Origin: Rotaria socialis
Taxonomy: Eukaryota
NCBI GenBank assembly: GCA_905331295.1
Contig: CAJNYD010000035.1
Location: 124,001-188,000, forward strand
DNA length: 64,000 nucleotides
Reading direction: 5' to 3'
Shown: in pieces, positions 25,964 to 40,483 of the stretch
How positions within the stretch are numbered: the first letter of the stretch is position 1
How the letters are laid out: the number at the start of each line of letters is the position of its first letter
Translations under genes and position numbers: made by a program
The notes under the pieces: model-generated
What the model was told of the DNA's origin: nothing
The model's database searches: none
Seen by the model: only the letters and a program-made list of their open reading frames with translations

Positions 25964-27842
25964 ATGACTTCTGACTCCTCGAACACTGATAAATATCAGC
26001 TAAACAATGGCTATTCAATTCAACTTGCAATTGACTTAAATAGTTTAATTACGTTGAAACTTATTGATAACCATGAAACAGTTAGTTCTGTTTCATTTAC
26101 CGATCATCAATGTTCTTTACTGACGCATAAACTATGTGACACGTCAAGTGATCTCTATGAATTATTAATTGATCTCTTATCAACAGCAGAATCTTCAACT
26201 AATTCTAAGATATGTGTTATGAACGATGATCGTCTTAATGTGTCATTTCCAATCCACTTCGGAGGTCGAAATAAAACGAAGCTATGGTCGTTTACAATCG
26301 CATTTCTGAAGCCAGCGTCGTTTAATGATAACAACACTGAAGAAATTACATTAGATCCTCTTGATTGGACTGAAACAAGATTATTAGGACATCAAATCAT
26401 GGATGATATGATCGATTATTTGCGAGATCTTCGTCTTCAACCTACATGGCGCCCAGTTCCATTGACTGTGCAACAGTCATTATCACAACAAGATCTCCCG
26501 TGGAAAAGTCAATCTGCACGGGAAGTCTATGATGAAGTTCGATCACTTATTTTACCGTATCCATTGGGTAATATTCATCCACGGTTTTGGGGTTGGGTAA
26601 TTGGTACTGGTTCTCCCATTGGAATTTTAGCTGAGCTAATTACAGGAACGATGAATAATCAATCATGGGGTGGTAATCAAGCAAGTATCTATTTAGAACG
26701 TCAAGTATTGACATGGCTCAAGAGTATCATGGGTTTTCCCACAGATGAGACTTGTTCAGGTGCACTCGTGAGTGGTACCTCAGTAGCAACGATCGTTGCA
26801 TTGGCAGTGGCTAGAAAAAAATTTCATGGTCGTAAGATGAAAATCTACTGTTCAACAGATGCACATAATTGTACTCTTCGAGCTGTCGATATTCTTGGCA
26901 TTGGAAAAGAAAATATCATTATTGTTCCGACTAATAAACAAAGGCAAATTGATTTGCAGGTATGTTAAAGTGAAAATAATTTGTAACTTTTCCATTTCCG
27001 TCTTTCAGATGTTGGAAAAAGCAATCGATTTAAATTTTGGTGGAGTTATTGTTGGTAGTGCCGGTACAGTTGGCACGGGTGCTATTGATGATCTCAATGG
27101 ATTGGCTGATTTATGTGCTCGACATCCTAATGATCTCTGGTTTCATATAGACGGTGCTATTGGAGCAGTAGCTTGCTGTTCGGCACTTCTTCGACCTTTA
27201 TTTATTGGTCTTGAACGAGCTGATTCAATTGCATTCGACTTACATAAATGGCTTTTTGTTCCATACGAATGCGGATGTATTCTAATTCGTGACGGTGATT
27301 TACATCGAGCAGCATTAGGTCAATCAGCTTCGTATTTATCATTGATGGATGGTGGTGTTACACCGAGTACTGGTGCTATGTTTTTTAGTGATTATGGATT
27401 AGAATTAGCGCGTAGTATGAAATCTCTCAAAGTTTGGATGACATTTAAAACTTATGGACTCGAGACATTCAGTCGAATCATAGAACAAAATATTGATCAA
27501 GCAAAATATTTTGTTTCATTAGTTCAGCAACATTCAGATGAACTTGAATTGCTCAGTACAGGTCCACTGAATATTGTCTGTTTTCGTTACATTGTACCAC
27601 ATTTGAATAATGTGGACGCGGAGACAACAATGAACAAATTTAATAAACAACTATTAGTTGCTATTCAAGAACGTGGCATAGCTGTTGTGTCAACATTTGT
27701 TATCGATAATAATGTATTTGCATTAAGAATGTGTATAACAAATCATCGAACAAAACGATCTGATCTTGATTTATTTCTTGAACAACTTCTTGCCGTAGCT
27801 CATGAACTGTTAACAACACCTGAATTTTCTAACACTGCATAA
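25964..27842 (+). CDS. Group II PLP-dependent (aromatic amino acid-type) decarboxylase with ~125-aa N-terminal extension, ~609 aa
   Basis: TLDPLDW, PYPLGNIHPRFWGWV, LVSGTS, AGTVGTGAIDDL, WFHIDGAIGA, ADSIAFDLHKW (PLP Lys); 49-nt intron 26960-27008. Confidence 0.92.
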
Positions 27843-28464
27843 TTCATAGTTACTTAAAGTGATATTTAGATTTCCAGAGAAATAAATAAAAAAAATCACC
27901 GAAATTTTCTTTTTTTGGGTGTGAGTGTGGAGACAATAGAATTAGCCACATTCACACCTGTTCACTTCAGATTGAATCATGAAAAAGCAAACGTTTATTC
28001 GCTATCGAATTTACATTTAGTAAAGTTATGATTAAGTGCTTTAACGATAACACAGCGTTTCTTCAACTCTCGAATAGCTATTCGAGTTAATTCAGCCTTT
28101 AATCTGTCACATTCGCGTTCACTATTTAGAATTTTTTGTTTGATTTCTTCTATTTTTTGTTGTAGTTCTTGAATGGGCGTGGGTGTATGTATGCCGGTGT
28201 CAAAGGCTATCAAATATAGTTTTAGTGAAGTGATAAGAACACATCATGGTGAAGGCAATTTCGTCCATCTAGAGTATTTGATATTCGTATTCTTAGATAA
28301 GATGCATAGAAATGAACGAGAGCTTGTGTAATGAAGAATTTTTTATTTGTCTGCACGGAAACGAAAACTACCAGTTATAGGAAGCGTATACAAAAAATCG
28401 ATTGGCAAGTAGTAACACTAGTAGAAAAAGATCAGTTTCAATTGAATGATAGAAGATTATAAAA

Positions 28465-29292
28465 TCATTCACCCGGTTCACTGGCTTGGGTATCCATTTC
28501 ACCATCACTATGATCATTGCTGTGATGATCGTTCAAAGAAGACCCTTTAGGTAACATAGCTTCCGTTCTTTTAATTAGTTCATCGATTTCTCTCATTTGT
28601 TTGCTTTCCGACACCATCTTTGGATAATCAGTTTTATAATCCTGTTTTATTTTTTCATACTGATACCAGAGCCTCTTAGCCCAATGTAAATGTTTCAATG
28701 CACCTTCTATATTATTATCTTTAGGCATTCTTTCACCTCGTTCACGAAAATATATTGCAATATCACGTGTCATACGTCGCAACAAGTCCGAATCGAAATC
28801 AAATATTAGAACATAGTCGTCGTATTGGACCGCCCAATTTCCATGATACATAGTATTATGACAGAAAATATATATAGATAGGTATGGCGTATTGGTGATA
28901 AGATCAGTAAATATATGCCTGTAGCGTTCAACAACTTTTGGTACGATCTTCTCTCCCATTAGTCCAGAAGTAATAAAGAAGATGCGTTTGTCTTGATTTT
29001 TTTCAAAAGCTGCGAGGCAACTTTCCTCGTCAGCAAATGCTTGTAGAAGAAAGATGACACCTTCGAATTCTATCGTGCTTGGAATATCACTAGCGAGTAG
29101 ATCGTCATAATCTTTATCCAGAAGCATTGTCCAATTTTCACAGCGCGGATCAGTATTACTTCCAAAGGCTTTTTTCAAATGTTGATATTCTGCAGGATTG
29201 GCAATAGCAGGATCAAGCCAAAATATCATATGATTTGGCCTCTCATCGTCATAGTCTGCAGGTGTATCAGCTGGAGATTCAGCTTTTGCCAT
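28465..29292 (-). CDS. Hypothetical protein with receiver(CheY)-like alpha/beta domain and TPR-like helices
   Basis: 275-aa ORF; IFWLD...F.DEESC...KRIFFITSG.MGEKIVP...IYIFC pattern; acceptor-like ttctag immediately before the ATG. Confidence 0.7.
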   Translation of the reverse strand: MAKAESPADTPADYDDERPNHMIFWLDPAIANPAEYQHLKKAFGSNTDPRCENWTMLLDKDYDDLLASDIPSTIEFEGVIFLLQAFADEESCLAAFEKNQDKRIFFITSGLMGEKIVPKVVERYRHIFTDLITNTPYLSIYIFCHNTMYHGNWAVQYDDYVLIFDFDSDLLRRMTRDIAIYFRERGERMPKDNNIEGALKHLHWAKRLWYQYEKIKQDYKTDYPKMVSESKQMREIDELIKRTEAMLPKGSSLNDHHSNDHSDGEMDTQASEPGE

Positions 29293-31361
29293 CTAGAAAT
29301 AGCTGAAATTCCAAAGTATATCTATAAATCGAAATCAACCGAAAGAGATACTATATTAAAAAGGATTAAAATCTGTTGTGAACGAACATGAGTGACAAAA
29401 TTCTCGGTTTCAATAGTTAGTAACGTTATGTTAAGTTCTCAATTACTAAACCATTTCTCCCAATAGACTGGAATCATTCGATTGCCCATGATAATTAGAC
29501 TCAAAGTTTTTCTTTTGTGATTTAATTTCCTGAGTTTCACCCGATCCGTGTGAATCACGACGAGTATAGATGATCGAATTCTTACGTCATATGAGGGCTA
29601 AAGTCACTAAAACTGTGTTAAGTTTTAATTCTATAGCAGCGTATCCTTATTGGAATAATTGCTTGGCATGAAAGTTTTTCTCGTTCAAAATTTCCCAAAA
29701 TATTTTTGACATCTAAGCCAGAACTTGTTTTGCTTGCTCAAACTTTGACACATTTCTGATAAGCAGAAGATATGTTTTATCGTGAATTTTACACTTAGAG
29801 GATAAAAAAATTATCTCAAAAAAATGATGATCAAACTCTTGTGTGTGTCGATTTTCCCAACTTCAATTCGTGTGATTATGGATGTCAGTTATTACAGGGA
29901 CACCTAGAATTAGAATCATGATTACTGTAATCGCTTTTACGCAGTTATTGTTTTAAAAATAAAAATGACTCACCACATCTATTTGTAGCTCAAAATAGTG
30001 ATCTTGTCGCTACGATTTTTTTTCTTGTTTTTCTGTTTACTCAAAAACCAGTCATATGACGCTTGACAATTTTTGCGTTCTGACATCAGCACATGATTCA
30101 AAGAAAGAGTAAACTGAAATGACTGCTTAAAATTTTAAGTTAACTAACACATATAGAATGCAAATTTAATTATTTGTAAGGCAAACATTGTGTTTGTCTC
30201 ACTGCTTTGCACACATATCGTTCACGGAAAGAGCAAAAAACGTTATTATTTGCTGAAACTCAATGAAATGTTTCCGCTGAATAATTGCATTTTTTTCCGT
30301 GAAAACTTAAACTATATTTTCCTGTGTTTCCTTTTAGGACTGTTCTGCTAGAAAATTTAAGTTTTATAGATATGAATAATAGCCAAGGATCATCTCAGCA
30401 TGCATATGTTAATCAATTTAATTCGGAACATAGTTGATGGATACGAGTGTTACAAGGTGACGTGGACAACGTTTAAGAGAATTCAGCACTCTTAAACATA
30501 GATGCGTTTTTCCTAGCTAAGAATTATGGTTTAGCGCAAACAGGTGTATATTTTCCTTTCATTGAAAAATTATTTTCTATCTTAGCAGCGTTTTTCAAAA
30601 GTCAAACATATTTTCTCAATTGAACTTTTCATCGATATTAGATTTACATTTGTTAACTGAATGATATTAGTAGTTCTAAGACACTTCTAGTGAAAATATC
30701 TCTTATGGTCACTATCAAACAAGTAATTGAATTTCTTTTATACAATGATTCATACGAAAACACTACTTCCTGATTGCACATGAAATCAAGATATGGATAA
30801 TCCTAATGACTTTTTCATGCATAAGTCCTGCCCCCGTTCATAATCCTATAAAACAATCATCCTAATACAGACAAATTAATATGCTGCAAGATATCTATCT
30901 ATCTATCTCAACTCTTTCTCAGTTTATATATTTCGCTATTCAAAATTCTTCTCGAAAAGAAATGCTTATTAACGTAGCTATACTTCGCTCGATTTCCTGA
31001 TATATATAATTACATTTTCCGGTAGTTCTTTTCAACTACCGTATCGCGACATCTATTCGGATATGATTTGTCTGTTTTGTTTCTATTCTATCTGATGATA
31101 TTAGTATACTATAGAAAATTAAAAAACTGATAATTTAAAACACTGATCTCTCAAATTGTACTTTATAATTAATGAAAAACATGTGATTCTTATCTAAAAA
31201 GGCTTATTCTTTGATCCAATGGTAACTGTAGCAATATATCGTCGTCATGTCTTTCTCTTTTCTTTCTTTTTGTCAAATCTAAAGTTACTCATCGTCTGTT
31301 GTATCTAAGAATAACGCAATCTCATTTTTTATAAACTTATAACAGAATAGTTACATTCAAA

Positions 31362-32701
31362 ATGTCGAACTCTTCTAACGATCATCCATCTATTCGGTAT
31401 AAGATTTTGTTTTATTTTTTTCTTGTTGAAAATTTTCTCTATCCATACCTATCTAACAGTGTGCATGCACCACCAGGTGGTCGAAGTAATAATATCTTCG
31501 GTACGAATCCTGAAGAAGCGCAGCCATCGGCTGGAACTCTTGCTGGTCAATATAAACAGTCACAAATGAAATCGAATATTTTCGGAACAGATGAACCAGC
31601 ACAAACACGTGCTGTTTCGAATAAAAATAAATCCAATGTATTTGCTACCACCAACGATGATGAACATACTAAACATCAACAAGGTGTTCGTCAAGGATTA
31701 CGAGGTGAGTTGAAAAACCAAATCCCTGAAGATGATAACGAATCATCTATGATCATAAGAATATATTTGCTGTTGAGATAAAAAAAAAACAATTATGAAA
31801 CTACTTTATTTAGATCCAAATGCATCACGCAGTAAGTGTGTTGTTTGTTGTTCTTGTTTGGTTTTTTTGAACTAAAAACAAAAAAACAGAAAATCAATGT
31901 GTATATCTTATTGTTCCCATATTTCCTAGATCTACTGTTAAACCTAACCTTCCCACATTGCGTGCTATATACATACGCTACCTTTGTTTTCACTCATATG
32001 TGTATCACTTAATAGAATTATTAATGATCTTCGTTCATTGGCACATGAACAAGATCCTAATGCACGATGCTTCTATTTAGACATCTATTATCCATCGAGC
32101 TTCAACTGCATTCACGTAAATTCCTAGCGCTTCGTCGTATTTAATTTGTCCGTTCATTGCTTGCTTTCAAGGGAAAGAATATTAATTTTGAGCTTGACGA
32201 AATTCGGGTTGTTGAATATTTCACTTTTGAAATAATGTCTGATTTACTGCTTATTTTAATTTTTTTTGCTGCAAAATATAATTTATCTCTTGGATCTTTT
32301 TTTGTATATTAATTTGCTATTCATTACAGGTGGATACAATCCTATAAATGGTGAATCATATTCGACGAAAGATAATGTAAACTCAAAAAATAGTGCAAAT
32401 GATAAACAAACAGATGTACCAACAAAAACAACTGAAGAGAATAATAATGGTCAAGCGAATTCAGCCGAGAATAGAAATATTCAAAAACCAGCTGATAATA
32501 CTGCTGATGCAAATAATGCTCAAAAGGTAAGAAAAAAAATATTGTTTTTAAATGAAATATTCATTTTCGATTCTGAACTAATTCGAATGAAGGCGATGAT
32601 AGTTCCTACATTTCATTTCTTTGTTTTTATTTTAGAATTTACATACGAGCGTTCGTGTATTTCATCCGCCGGGTGGTAAATCGAGTGGTCCACTTTGGTA
32701 G
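31362..32701 (+). CDS. Jupiter/HN1-like microtubule-associated protein, 4 exons
   Basis: RVHAPPGGRSNNIFG, repeated SNIFG/SNVF, GYNPING, C-terminal VRVFHPPGGKSSGPLW*. Confidence 0.8.
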
Positions 32702-35700
32702 ATAAAGATATATTCTAAAGCAACACACTTTTCTCATAATTATTATTATTGTGCTTGGTGTATTAAACAGTATCTTCCGTAACATTTATTCCTTTATGTA
32801 TGTCATTCCTTAAAAACTTGCGCTTTTGTATCTTCTTATCATTCTCATTTTATTTAACAAACATTTTTCCACTAATCAAAATGACGGTATTATTTTCCCG
32901 ATCGTTTTTAAATATATTATGTTTGCATTTGAGAATGAATGATGTATTATATAGCGTCTTTTCTAAAACAACTAGAAGTTCTACCAAGATAAAAATCAAT
33001 TATATCACTTACATTAATTTACGGCTTCAGGAAAAAATCTATATAGACAAATACGTCTTTTTCGCTTATGTACATTCAACCCCATGGCTCATCGACCCAC
33101 TAACACATGTTCAGGCAGTTTTTTTCAAGAGTTCTTACACATTCATGTAAGAAGGTCGATGATTCACCATACTATCAACAGGGCACACGACAATTTCTGC
33201 ATGGAATCTATAGAAGTTTAATTTAAAAAATGCCATGTTCTACCAAGGTTCCCCGTTGAAGAAAGAGCTTATATCGATAGATACATATAGTGCTTTTATT
33301 CTCTATTGTAATAAACTATTGCGTCATCAAGGTCAATAGCCTTAAAAATTGTTCTATTTATTCTTCTTGAGAAACAGGAACTATAAGCTCATTTTAAACA
33401 CAACAAGATCTAGGTCATGAAAAGATGTCAATGTCGATATGCTAAAGAAAATTCAATAAAACCTTCGACAGATGTTGTACACGCACACTTTGATTCATAT
33501 AAAATTACTGACAAGTAAACATTCTAGTTGAATCATTCGTACGAATCATCTGTCGGTGTAGAATATTCATTTTTTTTCTGACAACTATAACGATTGTATA
33601 AGTTACACAGAGTGCAACTTCTGCGTCTACTATCAAGTTATGACTCAACTTCGAATAAAATAAGCGTTTACGTAAGAATACTTTGAGTGCAGTTGTATAG
33701 TGTAATTATGAGTACTCTTGAGTTTTTCATAAATAAACATAGATTTTTTTATGAATATTTGCTACTTCGACTATAAAAACCTGTAGTCATAAACAAAAGG
33801 ACAACCAAATTATAATTACGGGTGTATATACTCAAAAACTTATTTTTAAAACATAAAAAAGAAAACTGAGCGAAATCTTACTCGCAAGCGATATTCAAGT
33901 TTCTTGTTTGACTAGTTACTGAAAAAAATCAAGACATTGTCTGTTTCTTTTACTTCCGACCGTTTTTGGTTAAATTCGCAAAGAAAAGAATACGAACGAC
34001 TACGCTGGCGAGGCTTTTTCTTCGGCAGACTATGCACATAGATAAAAAAGAACGTTAGTTAATCATGAGTCAGGCAGAAACGAAAAAACATCGAGTTAAA
34101 AACCTCCAAGCAAATAGAATTGAATAAGGCTTAAAAATATCTAGCATACCAAGGTAAATACAAAAATGATTTGTCATTGCACGCGTAGAGTGACTTATTA
34201 GACATATGATTTGCCAGTATAAATATTCGAGTATCATTGCTGAATCGAGTTTATGTAGGTGATCAAAATGAAAAATGCGAACCGAAACAACATAGTATCG
34301 TTTGAGAAGAGACAAAAAATGTGGTGAAATCATTTCCTATAAAGCGACGACAAGAATATCTTTGTATGTAATAATTATCTAACATGATATAGAATTGATT
34401 TCACTGTGCTCATGACTTACTTCTGTGATTTGAACTGTCTACTGACATACACTGATCATGTTTCATTGTTCTAAAAGATATCGAGCCAGATCGTATGCTC
34501 TCCCGTTAGTCAGAGTAATGGTAATGCAGACGAATTGTAACTAATACTTTTCAGTTTATCTTGCTATATAACATCATTACGTAGATACTCGAATTAGAAA
34601 CAGAAGACTTATGGTTTCTACTTTCAAATAGACGATCTATAGAATGAGAAAAGGAGTAGAAAGTGGTCACTATATTATCCCGTAACTAAAAAGGTAACTG
34701 CATAGTAGTGATCAACAGCTATTCCTTGAGAGTGTGCAGGGATGATAGAAACAATAATATTGTATTTTGAAGATCGCGTTTGATTATAAAAACACCGAAC
34801 AATATTCTTTTAAATGGAAGTTCACCGTAAATAAACATCATGTAATATAAGTGATAGATTACAATTAACACGTGTAAGATACTTTTCAACCGGTTTCTAT
34901 GATCTAATAATTACACGGAAGTAGCTATACCAATCCATACGCCCTTTAAAACTAGTATACGAATTATTTTGACATTTGATTTCAAGACAATAACCGAAAT
35001 TTATTTTATTCTCGTGAAAATCTTAAAGAGCCAGTCGTGCATTGTTCTGACGGGCTGTCTAAACAAACGCCATTGTTGCTACAGACGGCATCGGTCAAGC
35101 AGAAGAGTTCAGAATATATATATATATACATATATATAATCAAAGTAGAAATAGTCATAGATGAAGATAAACACGGAATATTCATTTATTCAATTGACGG
35201 ATTTACTTGATGAAATTCTTATGATTATTTTGAAAACATTGCACCATAATGAAATACTCGATTCTTTTATGGATTCAATAGAATTAGAAATACTATAATT
35301 TTTACAGACTATTTAACGCTGATGGCAAACAACTTCTTCTATTCATTTATTGTATCAATTTTGTTTTGAAATTTTACCTAAAATTCATCATAAAATCAAA
35401 TGGTTAATCTTGCAGAAGAAACAGTCAGTGATCTGTTTTCAGGTAAGATATTTTTTGTGGCTCCTTCAAGAATTAATTATTCAGCAAACATGTTTGAAAA
35501 AATGCTTTTTCCACTAGTTAATATTTATACTTTTTAATGTCTTCGTCAACTAATTCGTTTTATCTATTAAAAACATAAAAGCCAGTCGGTTTGAACCACT
35601 ATTCTTAGATATTAATTCTCGAAACAGAAAATATACAGAATTTTTTTACTATAATTCAATTCTTCATGCAGAACTGTAAACGTGACTAAATTTAAACACC

Positions 35701-36465
35701 ATAAAATTCAAACCGTGTATAATCGTTAAAATAGTGCATCCTCCAGCATGACAATAAAAATAAAACTTTATGTTATCAGATGATGTCAGTTGGACCACAT
35801 GCTGTAGTATAACACTAAAATAATAGACTATGGTAAAATGCAAGTATTACGACTCCTGACTGTGGAAGTTGCCAATTGATAAGATTAAACTTATCTTTTT
35901 TTTTATTGCCAGAGGTAGGATTGACAAATGACTGAATTCATCACGAGCAACGTAAGAATGAATTTCAGAATTATCGTATCTTTCTTTGTTGTCGTTGTCG
36001 AAAACAATCCATATCCTAATCATGCAAAAAATATCACCCGCGCGATTCGCAGAATTTAATCATATATATGTGTATCTATACAATAAACCATATTTGGTAG
36101 AACGCTTACTACTGTAAACAACAGGTGAAGTCGACTGACAAAAAATTTGCCAGCTGACTCCATCTCTGATATCCTGTTGAAAGGTAGCGCCCTCTATTTT
36201 ACGAAGTCTGTTATTTTGGCTAAAACTAAGATCATAGTTCAATAGAAAATATTTGTTTCTATCTATTAATATCAAAATTATTTTTAGACTTGACAAAAAA
36301 CCAGAGGACCAATCATACGTCATTCGCTATTGTTTCGCTTATTTGCTCCTGTTTTGTCGGCTGAGGTTCCGTACCACCGGTGACGAATGTACAAACGATA
36401 GATAGAATTGAAAAAGCCGTATAAATAAATTTATCTATAAACCACAAAAAAAGTATAAATAGAAC

Positions 36466-39400
36466 ATGCTTTCAAATGGCGCATTAGATGGAGATCCGTA
36501 TGGAGTCGCACCATTTCAACAAGTAAAAAAACCAAATACATTAATTATGTGTAACTTTTGAAGTAAAATTTATGTTTCAGGGAAGAACATTTATGACACC
36601 ACCACGCAATCCACCAGTTTTCTATAATAACTCAAGTTATTCTCAACCATCAATAATGGCACGTGACGGACCATTGACTAACCCTGTTGGCGGTCCTAAT
36701 AACAATAATTCTAGTGCTTACTTAACTGATTTGCATTCACATTCAGTACAGAGCAAGTATTCACATGTGAGAATAATCAAAATTTTACGTTATTGATTCA
36801 AAACAGTTACTGTAGTCATAGGATATGCTTACAGAGAAAAAAACAATATTATGAAGTCATATTAAAATTAGTAGATAATAGAATCTACCGCTAGAATCAA
36901 AGGCTTTCTTTATTCCAATAGTAGAATCTTTTTTTTTCAATGATATTTATTTAGAGTAAAAACACACAAGAATAGTGAGTAATTAAAATAATACAATATA
37001 AAAATATTGATAAACTTCACACTTGATAGTTACGCAATAAAGACTTGAGAGTTTGTGTGTTCAATTTTTTCTACATCTTTAAAAAAAGCGGTTGCATCGT
37101 TCTCTTTCGAGAAATCAATCGGGCAATTTTCACACGAGATTCAACGCTTTATTTACTCATTTTCTACATTGAAGGGTTTTTATGTAGACAAAAGTTTCTG
37201 CTATGTGCACGGGCGGAAACCGATAGATCCTACAGGTTCGGTACATAGTCTATGTTAGGATTTATCGATGGATGCAAACAAAAGCAATATATGGTATACT
37301 AGGATTTTTTATTGCCAAAAGATTTCGGTATTGGTCATTTTATGATGCGATTTTTCGTTTGGTATGATACTAGAATATTGTGATTTTAACAAAACTTACG
37401 CTGAAAATAACACAATAAAAGCTTTATAACATTGTTTACGTTCTAGAGACGAAAAACAATCAAATTATGTCATGTTTTCGTTTTTTTAGCCTAATAATCT
37501 TTTGGGCACATCACGTTTAGCACATCTTGGCGTTAGTGGACCATTCAGTAGTCTTGGACCAGTTTCAAGTCATGGTGAGTATCTACAACGCAAACTAACT
37601 ATTTCTAATTGCAGATGATTTCTTGTTGTGAATGCACACTGTTTTGCTTCTGCATGTTTCAGTACGCAAAAGCTTACAAATGACAAGTATGATCTGCTGC
37701 ATACAAAAAAAAAACAAATAAGCCATTGCGCATGTTTTCCTTTTCTCGCATGAATTTATCTTTGTTTTTTTCTTCAAAACTTTGTCTATCAATTTTATTT
37801 TCTATTGTTTTTATTTTCTTCTAGTCGATGCAGCTGCTTTGGATAGTACTTCAAGGATATCTCCCGATAATAATTTAGATTTCTACGGTTATTCTCAAGC
37901 AGCACCCTACAGTGTAAGATTTTGTTTAGCTATTTTATGGAATGAAGACTTGAAGAGAATAACTTTTTGTTCTTATTCATTTACTCGTGTTTCTATAATC
38001 ATTCGGCTGGTAAAAGTGGCAGATCTCGTAACAGTTAGTAGAAATCATCGGAGAGATATCCCATTGATTGTTCCAGTGAATACAGAAAGCTAGATTTAAG
38101 ATCCTCAAGAATATTAATAGAATCTCCAACATAAAAACATATATTCATTTTTTTTATATAGATGCAGCAGTTAACTGATGATGATCTCTTAATCAGTGGT
38201 TCGAATCATGAAGAAAAAGAACGTACAGTTCCACCTGATATGTCATCGGTTCGACAAGCTCGACCTGATTATGCATATTTTATGACTGATGAATTAAGGT
38301 AGAACCAAGTGAAATATTTTTCTTTCTAAATAAATAACGTTTTCTTTTTTGTTATAGAGCTGAACTATTCAGACGTAATCAAATGTTAACTGCATGTGCC
38401 AATCTCGATGTAGCTGCAGGTAAGACCATATTGAATCAAAAAGCAAATCTCTATTCTATTTTAATATTTAGCTATGCCCGAACGAGTAGGTGATTATTAT
38501 AATTTAATGCCGCTTGATAGTAGTCAAGCAAATGTTCCACATAAATCACGAACTTTTCGTTATCAAACACTAAGCTATAAAGCAACACATATGCGAACCA
38601 ATGCTGCATGCTATTTAAAACGAATAATGGGTACAACAAATATTTTTCTTTTCTTTTCTTGTCTTATGAAATATGATTTATTTATTTATTTTTGGAATAA
38701 AGGTTGTAAATTACCAACAGTTCGTTTATATGAAGTTGTTGAAGCATGGAAAAAAATCATTCACGCTAATATTGTCCAATTACGTGAAGTTTTTCTAACA
38801 AAAGACTTTAACGATGATCAACCTTGTATTTACTTTTTTTTCCTGTCTATTAAAAGAATCTTTTTGTTTTTGAACTTCTAGCTACGGTTTTTGTCTATGA
38901 CTTCATACCCTGTTCTGAAACATTACAAAAGCGCCATTTTAGTGCGAATAATAGCCTATTAAAAGGGTGGTCAAATCCATATAATATATCTGGTGAAGAT
39001 CGCCCGTTTAGTGCTGGAAAAGGTAGTTTTTTAAGTAGCTATTCTCTTTTTCTAATTTTATCAGGATTACATTTTCTAGGAACTAATCAAACGGGTCTCT
39101 TAGCTGAAACACTTATTTGGGAATATGTTGTACAGATATCATCATTGATTCGAACATTGCATGCAGCATTACTTTCGTGTCGTTGTTTACATTTATCAAG
39201 AATACTTGTTGATGGCGATTCAAAAACAGGCCGTGCAAAATCAAGGCATAGAATTGTATTTTAATAGGTTCAAAGAGAAGTTTAGTTTTTATAGATTATG
39301 GTTAAGTGGTGTCGGCATCGCTGATATACTCGAAGGAAATATAAATGGAACTATTCAACAGCATATAGTAAATCAATAATAAATTTATATACTTGATTTA

Positions 39401-40483
39401 TTTTCGTCTCGTTTAGCAAAATGATCTACAAGATTTTGGCCGTTTAATATTAATGTTAGCATGTAATTCCATTGTAGGCGCACAGAAGGAACATTTGCAA
39501 ACATCATTGGAAATTGTTCAAAGAAGTTATTCACATGATCTTAAAAATCTTATACTGTAAATTGATTTTGTTTTTTTTTCTTTGTATTAACGCATACTTT
39601 TGTTTTTCTATAGACATTTCTTGTTACCTTCAAATACATTGAAACCGAAGAATATTAATGATTGTATGCCTATGATTGGTGCACGATTTTATGCATATAT
39701 CGATAATTTGCATGTGCGCGGTGATATACTTGAAAATGAATTAGCAAAAGTAAGTTATGTTGCATAGGAATCAAAGAACTAATAAGCGACTTTTTATATG
39801 ATTATGAAATGTAAGACAGTTGCTACATGTGGAATGTGTCCTCATCGGGAAAGTTATTGATAGTGATAAATAGTCTATCCGATATTTTACATGGTGAATA
39901 AATATTAAAAAGGCATGGATATTTCCTTGATCGAAATAAATCGGTTGAATATTCTATTCGGTTTCTTCACTATTTTTGTAATAGAACGTAATTGCAAGAC
40001 GTTTTGTATTTTTTAGGAACTCGATTGTGGTCGTTTATTTCGACTGATTTCTAAACTCAATACACTTCTTGAACGACCCGAGTAAGAAAAATTATTTTTT
40101 CCCAATCGAAAAAAAAAATACCGAAACTCCCTTTTTTTAGACATTCGATGAATCAAGCTTGGTCAGAAACAGGTGATCGTTATATTCTAAAATTGTTTCG
40201 TGATTTTGTATTTCATTCGATTGGCTTCGAGGGTGAACCGATTGTTGATATGGCACATGTTGTTCAATGTCTAAACAAAGTATATAAAGAGTTTTCAGTA
40301 GAAAAGTTTGCTTTTATTTATTTATTTGCTTGTTTCTAGTTTGATGCTGGTTCACATGATAAAATCTGTCTTACATCGCGTGATGAACAAAACGTTATGA
40401 TTGTTAGTTATTCCGAATTACATCAAGCATTCGAAAGAGCTTTTACTGAATTAATGAACTACGGAGCAACAGGATCATCTTGA
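36466..40483 (+). CDS. PAN3: PAN2-PAN3 deadenylase subunit PAN3 (pseudokinase), many exons
   Basis: [88 protein letters not shown]. Start codon tentative. Confidence 0.92.
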
